Source: Paramecium tetraurelia (taxonomy: Eukaryota). Taken from it: a DNA stretch of 64,000 nucleotides. The position numbers were made by a program, and so were the translations under genes. Positions 12,486 through 25,235 of the stretch are shown here, piece by piece. The DNA lies in contig CT868385.1 of assembly GCA_000165425.1 (NCBI GenBank), positions 62,001 to 126,000 of the forward strand. Direction: 5' to 3'. The notes beneath the pieces were generated by a model. The model was given only the letters and a program-made list of their open reading frames with translations. It was not told the DNA's origin and searched no databases. Numbering within the stretch: position 1 is the first letter of the stretch; the number at the start of each line of letters is the position of its first letter.

Positions 12486-13561
12486 ATGCTTGCTGGAAGA
12501 GAACAAAAGCCAATTCGACTTACAAGAGTAATCTCACCTTCAAGCTTAGACAAATCGTAATAATCTGGAGAGCGAACAATTGCCAGATTACTTAAGAAGT
12601 TCCTTCTCTGACACCGTCAAAGTGCAAGAGCCCCCAAAAGTTTATAAGGGAAAGAAGATCTTGCCTGAATATGCATTTGGCAACTCTCTTGAAACCCCAT
12701 CCTTCTTCCGCAATCCCAACACTTTGATTTGCAGAGATACCTACGACAATCCATTCATAAAAGCCAGGGTTAAACCACGTAGCAAATGGGAATCCTTGCA
12801 TAGCAGCACTCTCAACAACTTCGAATTTTATAACGTTTCTGAACAAAAATTTATGAATCTCCCAAATTAAGGATACAAAAATGTCAAAATAGTGAAGTAT
12901 TACTCCTCATCTTCCTTTTAGTACTGTAACTAATAAAGTGCATTATGTGTAGACTCCTTAGGTCAAGGGAGATGAATAAACGTTTCAACTTGCCTATCGA
13001 ACACTTTAGAAAACAGGTCTCTTTGGCCGAAAGAATGGTATATATCGATTATAGATTTTAATAGAATTGTTCACTGATTTCGTAGAAAAGAATGACAATC
13101 AAAATGTTTACGGGCATCTTAATGATAGACAACGACCAAAAGGACATCTGAGAGATGTTAAGAATTACAGTTTCACTCCATAGGAATTCCAAATTCACAA
13201 AAGAAGAGCCAGTCATTATCTGAATTCCAGTTCCAACAAAGTTTTGCAAAAGTCAGATTTACCAATAGTGAATAAAAATCAATAGTAAAAGGATCAATAA
13301 GTGGAAAAGTACTTTTCAAGAGATTAAAGGTATAGATTCATACTAATTCTTATAGCTATCTGAATTCATTTAACAATTCTATCATTGTAACGCAAATAGA
13401 CTAACAATTGAAAGGAAAGAAGAGAGATCGATATAGGTATGTTGTTATGTAGATATGTATAAAGTTCTTGTTCAAAGATTCTGGATTATTAGGAAAATGA
13501 AATTGCTTCGATTGACAAATTTGAATAACATTTGGAGTTTGAAAAATTATATGGAAATTGA
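12486..13561 (+). CDS. Hypothetical protein
   Basis: MLAGREQKPIRLTR|TNRNNLESEQLPDYLRSSF... with several 22-28 nt introns, ending KFEQHLEFEKLYGN*. The 3' exon structure is tentative. Confidence 0.65.
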
Positions 13562-13576
13562 TTAATTAATTTAAAT

Positions 13577-14067
13577 ATGAAATCTTAAATTCTCCCTGAA
13601 TCTATTCACAGACAGTATTTTGCCAATCACGTGAACTCCCTCAAGTCCATAAAGGCAAGAAAAAATAAGGTTGAAGAAGAGTCTTTGGGTGTGATTCGAT
13701 AAGGTAAGTGAGTCTTATATCCAAAGTTTCGATGATAAAGAAGATAAAGCATCAAGTGCAGGCTTTTGAGTCAATTGAGGAGAACAAAAGCATAGCCTAT
13801 AGTAACCAAAAGATACGTTAGGCTATTATGAAAATTACCAATCAAAAGCGGGCATTTCCAAAATTACCCCATTTGCGCAAAGAAAAAACAGAAGTTTCAG
13901 AGTAAATTGAGAGGGAGAATAAGAGATTGAAAAAAAGCATTGAAAATCTTTAGAACAGTCTCACATATAGAACCAATCATTAAACCATTAAGAAATCCTA
14001 TTAACAAGTACTGAACTAGTATTGTTAATCGAGATTGCAGTAATAAAATGAATAATTATAATAATGA
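13577..14067 (+). CDS. Small coiled-coil protein, possibly CFAP97/hemingway-domain-like
   Basis: 155-aa code-6 ORF with one 23-nt intron. IAYSNQKIRQAIMKI and EQIERENKRLKKSIEN resemble recalled CFAP97-domain repeats. Confidence 0.55.
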
Positions 14068-15755
14068 TTCCGAAATTGTTAATTCTTCTATAGGACCTTT
14101 GGCTGTGAGAAGAAGTACACTCAATTTCACTTTTACGAGAGAATATGATTTGTCTTCTGATTCCTTTGATAAAGCAATAGAGATCTTACAAAAGAATCTC
14201 CAATTGAATGAATAAGCAGCGAGGATCTACATGTAGGACATTCTCAGAGAATTCAGGTAACCTCGTATTCTTATTTTGCTCAGTTATTTCAAGGCCCTCG
14301 AATCGCAAGAAGAATATTTTGATTACATCGAGTAGACTATTACTAGCATGGAATATAAATAGATCAAGAGAGGCAATATAGTATTTCATTGTGGAGAAAG
14401 AGGAGATTACTTTTATCTAATCCTCAGAGGAACTGTGGTCGTGTATGTTCCAAAGAAGTATTTACTGATTTCGATATTTTAGAGAGGGCGAACTTGCATC
14501 ATAGAAGGCAATCTTAATGAAAATAAATCAATGCAAGGAGGATTTGGCCATCGCAAAAAAGAAGGAAGAATAGAAACAGTTGTAAAAGTAATTGCAAGAT
14601 CTACAAACTTAATTGTAAGAATATTAAAATCCGGAAGACATTTTACTATTCCCTTTTAAGAGTAGATATTATTAGAAGTTACAAAGTGGTTAGATGATAT
14701 GTCTATACAAGAAAGTAAATATAATGAGAGAGGGAGAATGTTTTGGAGAGGTTTCCCTTTTTCGAAATGAACCTAGAGCAGCTACTCTCATTGCCTCAGA
14801 CACATTGCATCTGGGTGCTCTTAATAAATCTAATTATTTGAGAATATTTGAGGTTAAATTGGAGAAATTAAATTTTACACTTGGGATGCTGAGTAAGCTA
14901 TTTCCTTAATCATCCAAAGAGAATGTAATTTAAATAAGCTTTGATTTTCAGAAGAAAATATACACAATAAATTAAGTAATCTTTAAGTAAGGTGATGTAG
15001 TGGATGGGTTATACTTGATATTTTCAGGAATTGTTGAAATTATTTCAGATAATGTTAGAGTGAATCAATTTTGTGAAGGATAGTTTGTTGGATTATTCGA
15101 TTTGAAAAAACCAGAGTCAAGAACATACACTGCTATTTCTGGTTCATATGAAACTATTATCTACTTTCTACCAAAAAAGAATTGTACAGCATTAGATAAG
15201 TTTATGAGAGAGAGAATGAATGATTTAAGAATTAGCAGTGAAACCTATCGTTAAGAATGGGTAAAGAAGTGTCATAACATGATTGCCATGTAGAAGAAAG
15301 AATCAAATAAAGCTGTATTAAAAGGTGTAAATACCAAAGACATTCTTCAACAATGCATACTACCTCATAGAATCAAGACTTATTCTAATACTATCTCCAG
15401 AGATCGAATTAATGAAATTGTCGAGTATAATAATGTGCAATCTTCACTAAAGGAGAAGTTGCATAATGTTAAACTCTGTTTGCAGATGAGAGATTTTGAT
15501 AAAGAAAAGGAACTGGTTGAAAAGATGATGAAACAATAACATACATTGCTTCCTCGTTTAAGAGAAAGACCCAGAAATTTAGTCGAAACTTATACGGTTT
15601 TGATGTCCAAAGTTTCAAAAGCATCCCCTTAGGCAATGTTTGAATCATAAAATTAAAGCGAGCATTTAACTAGAAATATTCATGTAGATAGAATGAAGTG
15701 CTCCTTGTAAAAGAAAAAAAGTGAACAGATTGTGAATTAAATTATTGGAATTTGA
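14048..15755 (+). CDS. Protein with two cyclic-nucleotide-binding domains
   Basis: CNBD1: GNIVFHCGERGDYFYLILRGTVVVY...EGECFGEVSLFRNEPRAATL. CNBD2 (degenerate): QVIFKQGDVVDGLYLIFSGIVEI. The start codon is uncertain (alternative Met at 14231). Confidence 0.85.
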
Positions 15756-16029
15756 GTATAGCAAAATAATATATTCTAAAAGTTCTTTTTGTTGTTACAA
15801 TATTCAGTTTTTATTTGTAATAATCAAACTATTATTCCAAATTATTTGTCTTAGTATTCTTGAATTATAAAGTGTTGAATTTCAACGAATAACAAGATAA
15901 GTAATTATTGAATTCTTCTATTCTATCATCAATTGTAGTCTATGATAATCAAATAGAAAATAGAGTATTGAAAAGAAATGTTGGAAAAGTCTTTATAAAT
16001 ATTTGAGCTATTTTACATAAATTAATTAA

Positions 16030-17137
16030 ATGATAGGTGGAGTGCAATCAAGACTGAGAAAATTGGACATTTATCGTAAATTGCCAGCTGATTTAACAGA
16101 GCCAACTACAGCTGGTGCATTGATTTCAGTCATTAGTACTATAGTGATAGTTATCCTATTTACCACAGAATTGCAGGTAATCCTTATTAGAATATATTCT
16201 TTATAGGCATACATTGAAGTGGATAATAGCAGTGAAATGTTTGTTGATATTAATCGTGGTGGTGAATAAATTCGGGTAAACTTGGACATTGAATTTCATA
16301 AATTTCCATGTGATATTCTATCTTTGGATGTTTAAGATATCATGGGGTCTCACGTTGTTAATGTTGAAGGTAGATTAATAAAAAAGAGAATAAAGAATGG
16401 AAAGGTAATTTCTGAAGAAGTTCATTCAAATCATGAAGGACACGATCATCATAATTAACCATCAATAGATTTTGCGCGTATAGAATAGGCTTTTTAAGGA
16501 AAAGGAAGGATGTCAAAATCGCTGGGTATATTATTGTAAACAAAGTGCCAGGTAATCAAAAATGACAATATTTTATAGGCAATTTCCATGTTTCTGCTCA
16601 TGCTTTTGGAGGAATCTTACATTAAGTGTTTTAAAGAAGTTAGATATCAACATTGGATTTATCACATACCTATTAATCATATTCTCATTTGGTGAAGAAA
16701 GATGATTTAGTGAAAATAAAGAAATAGTTTTAGAAAGGAGTTCTTAATCCCCTTGATAACACCAAGAAAATTGCTTAACCTTAAGGAGGTACTGGAATGA
16801 TGTTTTAATATTACATATCTGTTGTGCCAACAACCTATATCGATGTATCAGGAAATGAATACTATGTTCATCAATTCACTGCCAATAGCAACGAAGTCTA
16901 AACTGATCATCTTCCAGCTGTTTATTTTAGGTAATCAGAATTATAAATATAATTAGATATGATCTATCCCCTGTGACTGTCAAATTTTTGTAATATAGAG
17001 AGAGTTTCTTGCACTTTTTAGTCTAGATTTGTGCCATTCTCGGAGGAGTATTCACGATTGCTAGTATTATCGATGGAATGATTCATAAATCTGTGGTTGC
17101 TCTACTTAAAAAGTATGAGATGGGTAAATTGAGTTGA
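16030..17137 (+). CDS. ERGIC / Erv41-Erv46 family ER-Golgi vesicle protein (contains apparent single-base insertions)
   Basis: LRKLDIYRKLPADLTEPTTAGALIS, FPCDILSLDVQDIMG, VNKVPGNFHVS, FQYYISVVPTTY, PAVYFRYDLSPVTV, ICAILGGVFTIA, and a C-terminal KKYEMGKLS*. Confidence 0.95.
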
Positions 17138-17168
17138 AATAAATAAATATCATATGTTTATAGTGAAA

Positions 17169-20100
17169 TCATTAATAAGGTGCCCATCCATAATACATTT
17201 ATCTAAGAATCTCTGAGTCACAATTTCGTTCAATCAAGTTCTATACATTTATTTGGTTGTTCAATTTATACTTTATCAATTCTATTACATCTGACGAGGT
17301 TCTACACAATAAAGGGTCATATATGTATGGGTCAAGAAATGCAAATATAATATCCTTGTGTTTTTGAAACATTTCTATAATTTATTCCAATATTTGTCTA
17401 AATTGACCTTACTCTCTCAAATAACCCATTCCATATCTGAGATTCTTTGTTAATCGAAAATCGACAATCTCAGGCACTGGCAGGAACTTACCCTTATGAA
17501 ACACGCATTCGTAATCTATATGAATCAACTCTCCACTTTCATGAATCAGAATATTATCACAATGTCTATCACCGAATCCAATCAAATATTGAAAAGCTGA
17601 CCATAAAGCCATAGATTTTATAAATCCCTATTATGCATCATACCATATATAAGGATCTTAGTATTGTGAAAAGAAGTAATTGTTTAGTTTTGGTTCCTAC
17701 TCATTTAATTATTTCCATTCTGTCTAATTATAGATTTGTCTATTCTTAGCACCAACCGTTGATACTCCTATAGCTTCACGACATGTAGTCGTTTGAGTCA
17801 CCCATTCGATGACTTAACTTAGTTGATTCAAACTCATTGATGCAAACAAAGGATACTTTAATTAGAGAGGCTCTAATAAAGTATTAAAAAATTGCAGCAT
17901 CAAAATTATTCTCTATTCTCTCCTTGTGTCTCCACTGCTCTTGGAATCCTGAACCTCATTCTTTAACAATAAATATTTTATGCTTGAATCACTACATTCA
18001 ACTTATATCTTCTTTGGCTTATCTTTTGAAGGAGCTATTTTCATTTAGGGATATATCTACAGAATCTTTACCAAATTATCCTCCGATTTAAATGGTTATG
18101 ATAAATTTTCAATTCCAGGATATATGATCTTCTCCCTAGTTTTATTGTATTCACTTAGTAATTATGAACTAACATTCTCCACTGCCCAACCTTATTATTA
18201 ATTTATCTTTGATTTCTATTAACAGATTCTTAAAATCACATTAAATTGTTTCTCCAACTCTTCAAATTTCTCTCTCTTCTCAGGAATCAATTTCAACACT
18301 TCCTGATACATCAATATTTTGCTAAAATTATGTCTTAATATCTTACTGCTAAGAAGTTTAATTGAAATTCTTCAAAGGAGCCAACCACCATATCATCTGG
18401 CTTGGATAATTGCTTGCCAATATTGACAAAGCTTGAGCTAGACTCCTACTAGACGTACGATCATTTTTAAATGTCTCCACTCCCGTTATCAATAATTCCA
18501 AACAATATTGCAACTTTACACAACTTATTGTATTCAAATATGAATCAAATTTTTAAGCAAATTAATCTTTTGATTTATGCATAAACCAAAGTCGAAATAT
18601 CTTTGGAAATGATTATTAGACATATTTATCTCCTGCACTTACACTACTCAAAAATAAATCCATTAACTTCAAACAATTTTATTGGTTTTAACTATCGCAT
18701 TTACACTTATACTCCTATTCCAATTCTTAAGCATAATGATAACAAAATTTGCTGAATTTCTTCTTGTTCTCAAAATATCTTGACAAAGGAGGTAAGTGTT
18801 TTGAACTCCAAATGTCACTGTAAGTTTGCAATACTCTTTCTCTGTGAAATAATTGATCCTTTATTAAGTATCGCAAGAATTTTATCTTTTATGAACAATT
18901 CTATATGTCCGTGATAAAGAATCCCTTATTTTACGAATAAGTAAAAGGATCGATCCCTGTTAAACTAATCGCCTTATAATAGTATCCCATCCTTTCATAT
19001 ATACGACATTAAATTAGATTTTGTTTTTTCTTACAAATCGCAAGTGCTTCCTCATATTTGTCTATCTTCATTAGGTGTTTAGCATATTACTCTCTATAAT
19101 TGATTATTTTGTACTATTTTGAACTACAATATATATTCAGTATTTAATACCTTCTCTTCACCAAAGTGTTCAAATACATCCAGTATTATTACGAAAATCT
19201 TTTCACAAATGTAATTCTTATTTCTTTACCTTATATACCTTCCCAATAATTTTCAAGTCTCTTTATTATATACGAGGTCTGTATGATATTCTAACATATA
19301 ATTTTTGATAAACTTGTTGATTTGAGAGACAAAGCTATGGATAATTTTACATATTTAATGCTCTAATTGATTTACTCCTTACTCATGTCCTAGGACACAT
19401 ACCTTGAAATGTCAGAAATTAATGAAATAACTATTTTATCTAGTCTAGAAGGGTCCAATATATTCAAATATTGTCCTTTTGAGTTAAGTTCTCGGAAATT
19501 GTATAATTATACATCCAAAGGTACTTACTTTTATCTCATCTTCATTGCAACATTCTATTCCTTGTACCAATTATTACCGACTTCAAGCAATGAATCCGGA
19601 TTGAAGGGGAAATTAAAGTTTAATCTTGAATATATTTATTCAGGGGGAATAGAACTATTTAAATGGCTCTTGGCCATATTAATATATAATATAGTGTTAT
19701 GCAGCTTCTCTTATTATTTATGCGATAGTTTTTTTAAATCAAATTTAAAGAGTAGATTTTTCTTGGCTAAGTATTTTTCTAAATAATATACAGATTCGAT
19801 AAAACTTCCACATCGAAAAAACACTAATCCAATTTACCTGTATTTCCATTTGACCGAGTCCAATGCAATATGAAATTAATCCTTGGAGTTTTTGATTTCA
19901 TTTTTCCATTAATTAATAAGCTTAATAATTCCAATCAATAAATAATTATACTCAGGAATGCATAAGAACTTTTATAAGTCTATTTTATTTTGATGTGCAT
20001 ACCTTCAAGCACTTTCATATTTGTATGTTACGAGTGAGCATAATATTTATAAACTATCAAACTAAATAATTTAATAAAAAGGGAATGATCTAAGATAGTC

Positions 20101-21627
20101 AACACAAGCAAAATATAATCAGATAATGATTTTTATGATGTAAGAGGAAGAAGGTTAATAAAAATGTGCTCAACCTGATTAATTTTCTTCGTATCTTCGT
20201 AATTCTCTTGTATGTATTTGATCTTCTTTTACACAAACTGTTCATCATTCAGCAGATTCTTATTGGCCTTGATATCACTAAACTACACTATAATTGCATA
20301 ACTTACAGTTTCGAACAGGAAGAATTGCCATTCGTAATTGTTCAAATAAAGGTGTCTCTCCACGAGAAATGTTTGCAATTTAGTCATCAACCTTGAGGGA
20401 GAAACATCATATGAAATAAAGTCAAATGGGTCCAGATTCTTGGGTTTCTGACATTCATCAATAGATGTGGCTATATTTTATAAGATTTCTCTCACCAGCA
20501 CATTTGGATAGGGATTCTTTAGATTCAATCTATAGTAATCGACAATCACAGCATACTCTTCGATTGATGAGACCTAAGAGAATTGCAAATAAAGCAAATC
20601 GAACATAAAATAGAAATCTAAAAAATCTCCTATTTTTATATGCTTTTTGTAATCAAAATTCAATATTTTCTTATTAATCCTATAAAATTAACAATAGGCG
20701 CTTATTGTGATGCTGAGATTGGGTAAACTATTAGTCAAAATACCAGAAGTGAGTGAATCACATTCCATTTGAATAAACTTAATCATGTATTCATGAAATT
20801 CTGTATATATGAATAAGTAATGATCAAAGAACTACTTGCAAAATGATTGACAAATCAATTTCACTGAGATATTTCTCAAATGTTGTTTATTCAATTAGTA
20901 AATGATCCTACATCCTAATAGAAACTTAAGGAATTAGTAAATAGATGAGAAATTTTGATTTAGACTTGTTTAAAAATTAGCTAGAATATTACTAAGCTCA
21001 ATATGGAATTAGTCTATTTCGAAATTTGAGAAATTTATTTTAGTGGTCTCATAGTACTTCTCTTGTTAAATTAGACTGTAGCATTCTTCTTTGTTTTGAG
21101 TAAATGTAAATAAATATTTTTTCAAGCCTTCTCTCAATAATAGTTCAATGTTTGAAATACGATATAATTGAAAATGCAAAGGGTTCGAAGTATCCTTCTA
21201 ATGCTGCTTCTCATATATTATCAGTGGGTTTAAGGTTCTATCAAAGGAATCTAAATGTTGAATTTCAATTGTGTTTTGCAGTAAATATTTGTATGCTTAA
21301 ATTATATCGTAAAATACCTTTAGAGAATAGATAACTAGTATTGGTCTTATATAAATAATCGAACAGGAATTTATCCCTCCCCAAAACATAGACTTTCTAT
21401 CCTTCAGAGTCTTCGGTGATAAAGTGTGAAAGAAATTGTTTATAGGCTAAAGATTCAGTCACAATTTTTTCAGCAATAAAATTCTGACAGCATCGTGGAA
21501 AGAGGGTAATGAGATCGTCTAACGATATCCCTAATGAGTTTGAAGTTACCAGGTAGATGAGACTGAGTTTGCTTTCTTCTGATTCAATACTATTAGAAAA
21601 AGTTTGCTTCAAAATTGAATAATTCAT
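17169..21627 (-). CDS. ATR: ATR/Mec1-type PI3K-related protein kinase
   Basis: KPKKIQVECSDS, YLIGFGDRHCDNIL, IHIDYECVFHKG.LPVPEIVDFRLT, and FATC-like end LRQMYYGWAPYQ*. Spot checks of the upstream region were open. Start MNYSILKQ at 21627. Confidence 0.88.
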
Positions 21628-21656
21628 TAATTAATAACAAAAACTCAAGTCTTATT

Positions 21657-23071
21657 TCATGTTTTATTTTTGGAAAAAAAAATCTAGATTTTCCTTTTGT
21701 TATATTCATAATTATGCATGATTGCCATGGCTTAGATCGCAGAATCTAACTCTTAATACCGGATCAAACATTTATTTTTATTTTTTTCTTCACAAAATAT
21801 TCTAAATTAATCGAATCTCTTACTTAATTTTCTCAATTTATCCAAATTTCGAAAAAGTTTGATAAATTATGCCTTCTTCACAGAATTCTTTTTTCAAATT
21901 TGTCAGCATTATTTGTTATGAAGGTGAGACAAGATATTTGAAATTATTATCTTTGTACCTGAATGATGCCTCATTTCCTAAATAAAACTCTTCCTCTTCT
22001 GTGTTCTTTGGCAATTAGCCTTCTTCACAATTTCTGAAGAATATAAATTCATAATTGGAAGGATACACCTAGATTAGTTGTCTGAAGTACTTTCAATTTT
22101 TAACCAAAAAGGGTTGGATTTCCTTCATTGAAATTTGTCAATAGGAATTTAACGCTAACCTCTGTTGAATATTCTATTAAGACGTTGCATTTAGTCTTAA
22201 AGAAGATCATCTTTTAGATGTTTCCAAAAGTGCTAAATATATTATAAATCATCGTCATGGATGTTTGCTTCGGATCAAACCAGTTGGCATAGAGTACCTT
22301 GGTAATCAATTTTTCTAGATAGAAATGATCAGAATTACTTTGTGGAAGAATTTCAGATTGAAAGATTTATTTTTCTACTTGAATGCTGTTTGGTAGTTGT
22401 TATGAAGTGGAGATGCGTTGGCCTGGTGAGAACTGAAAAAGTTAGGTTAAATTGTCGCCCATGCACTTTACAAATTGATTAGACCTTTATTAAGAAATAA
22501 TTCACAAAAATTTTACAATTCTTCTTATTTGTCTTCAGTTGCTTCTTCCTGAGAATCGTAGTCAGATGCGCCGTCTGCCTTATCAAAGTTCAGAGCTTCT
22601 GCAAACTAAGTTGGTATGGAAGGCATTCCAGTTTAGGGTGACAACATTTAAGAATGTGGGAGCCATTTGTTTATGGAGTCAGTCTTTGGCAACTCAGTTG
22701 AATGCACTATGCCCTAAACTTGCTAGGCAGTGTAATCTCTTAATAAGGGTAGTCGATGTACATCTGGCATATTGATTACGAGCTTAAAAGTCGAGGCCCT
22801 TGCGATTGGACTCATAAACCAATATCGAAAGTCCATGCATGATTGTATTATTTAATTGAAGCGCATTCAAAGCTGAGCGGACACTATCGAACTGGACCAA
22901 GGCCTTCCAAATTGGCTTATTTCGTTCAAAGATAAGTATCTATGAATTTTTATAAGACAATACTTTTTCGATTGTACCAAATTGGATGAAATTTTGATAG
23001 ACATGAGTCACTGTTATATTGATGAAATCTGGGTTTTATATACAGATCAGCACAACAGAAGAATTGGCCAT
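21657..23071 (-). CDS. Polypyrimidine-tract-binding / hnRNP-L-like protein with three RRMs
   Basis: VYQNFIQFGTIEKILIFERNKPIWKALVQFDSVRSA; IYNIFSTFGNIQKMIFFK; SPSQQIMLTNL...SAIQAMAIMHNY..KIQIFFSK. These match PTB RRM2/3/4 patterns. Several short introns. Confidence 0.85.
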
Positions 23072-23244
23072 TTTAAATAACAAAAAATTTTATAAGATAA
23101 TTTTGTTTTAATGGGAATTATAAATAAAAGTATCAGTTATAATAAATAATCATACTCCTTAGGCACTATTTTCTATAGACCCTAAGTTTCTTATTGGCTT
23201 CAAAGAATTATTTATTATTAATTATATTTATTTTATTTATAATT

Positions 23245-25223
23245 ATGCCCCCCAAAGCCAAAAAGATTGATCCTGAATTGCAAGCTGTACATAATAATAA
23301 CTTACGTATTTTAGAAATAATTTGAACAGTGGAAAGAAAGTGAGGAATACAGAATCTGGTCAGAGTTATAAATCATTTACAAATCAATGGATAATAATAT
23401 ATCTGAAACTTCCAAAGACTTGACAGGCAATTGGCAAGTAAACTGTTCTTTAAAAAAATTCCTTTCCCTTAGGTTTATCATGATAAATTACTTGAAGTGT
23501 GCTAGACATTCAAATGCAAATCTAAAATAAAACAAATTGAACATTGTCATTTGAGAAGTGCCTTCTTTGCAGTTGAGGATGTGGAAATTAACAAAGTAGT
23601 TGTTAAGCAATATCTCGATGGATTCTATTATTCAGTTGAGAAGTAGGATAAGGACAGAGCCAAGCATGTGAAGGAATTGCTTGCGAAAATATCAAGAAGT
23701 ACAGATATTATATATTTTCAAAGCCTTGGAGGATCACAAGTTTTTTGATATGAATGCAGAAAATTATATTGCGGAAAGGAAGGCATTTGTGGGTCTTCTG
23801 AATGATTTTTTGAAAAAACTTCCACTTCTAATTAAGTCAAGTCACAAAGTAATCGAAGAAAAACTCATGCTTGTTTTGGGACCATTAAGAGCTTTGTTGG
23901 AGATTAACAAAAAAATGATGTTCTTTGATCTTGTCAATACTTCAAATTAAGCAAGATAAACCAAGGACTTTATATTGAAGGTTTTATAATATATAATAAT
24001 ATTGATTAGGCTGATATTGAACAATATTGTATATGTCTACAAGAGGCTCAGAGGTTGTTGCTGGAATCGAAAGCTATCTCATGCAATCCAAACGTCAAAT
24101 TGATCTTTAATAAATTGGGATATGAAGGATGGTAACAGAATAAAATTGAGTCGTTTTACTTAACTCCTTTGTAGGAAGCTTTCGATAAGATGAGAAACAA
24201 TTTGCTTTGTTTGATGCTCAAGGGAATCAATTACTATAAGGCTCCTCTGATGGACAATACTGTATTTATATGAATTAGAATATAGCAATTTGTGGAGGAT
24301 GTGAAGGAATTAATTGATGCTGAATTGATAGCTGAACATTTAATGGGAACTTCATTGAAAAGGGACCAACTAAATTTTACTTATAATGTATTAAGTGTGA
24401 TATTCGATTCCAATGCTCAAGCGAAAGAATTTCTAATTAAAAGGGATGATAATTGCGTTAGGGGTAGCATTCCAAAATTGATTACATATCATACAGTTTT
24501 GTACATGAGAGCATGGAAGGATAGGAAAATAGCAGATGAATTGAAGGAATAAAAACTATAATAAAAGACATAGCCATTAGCATAATCGAACTTATTTGAA
24601 GCTTAATCTGCTATGTCAGGCATGTCACCAGATAAAAAGAGATAAGCTGATGATGAATTGAGGAAGAAAGAAGAAGAGAACATGAAAATTTAAGAAAAAC
24701 AAGATTTTGAAAAGTATGGAAGATTTTGGATTTGGGAATATTATGCTTAAGATTAAATGAAGGCCAATTTCGAGGAGTGTGTCGAATTGATCAGACATAT
24801 TAACAAGGCTGTTCAATAAGACATAGAGGATGTCATTATCAAAGAGGGGATGGTTCCGAAGTACTTTTAAATACTGATTTTAGAACTCGTTCTCGTTAAG
24901 TTTAATAGAATGATCCAAGTCAGATGTTCAATAAATTGTAGGAGAAGGACAATGCAAATGTGTATGTAATTTAGAGGAGACCACCAGAATTGTGGAATTA
25001 TCCTAAAATTGTGGAGGAACAACATGAATTTAGAGCCATAGCCAAACCCAGGGATTGTTATAAGGATGGAAGAATTTAGGTGTTGGAGAGTAAGATGGAA
25101 TAATTGAGTGCTCATTTGGAGAGTAACAAGCCTCAGAGTTGGAATGAATTGGTTCATAGAGTGATAGATGCATTAAGCAATTAATATAATAAGAAACCTA
25201 GTGCAATTGAACCAGGAAAATGA
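23245..25223 (+). CDS. Hypothetical helical protein (~600 aa)
   Basis: MPPKAKKIDPELQA|KQFEQWKESEEY...FEKYGRFWIWEYY...SAIEPGK*, with several 20-30 nt introns and strongly coding-like composition. Confidence 0.8.
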
Positions 25224-25235
25224 TTTAATATGAAC

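Noticed and set aside
21175..21195. GGTTCGAA resembling a tRNA T-loop
   Set aside because: It lies inside the ATR coding region and has no cloverleaf context.
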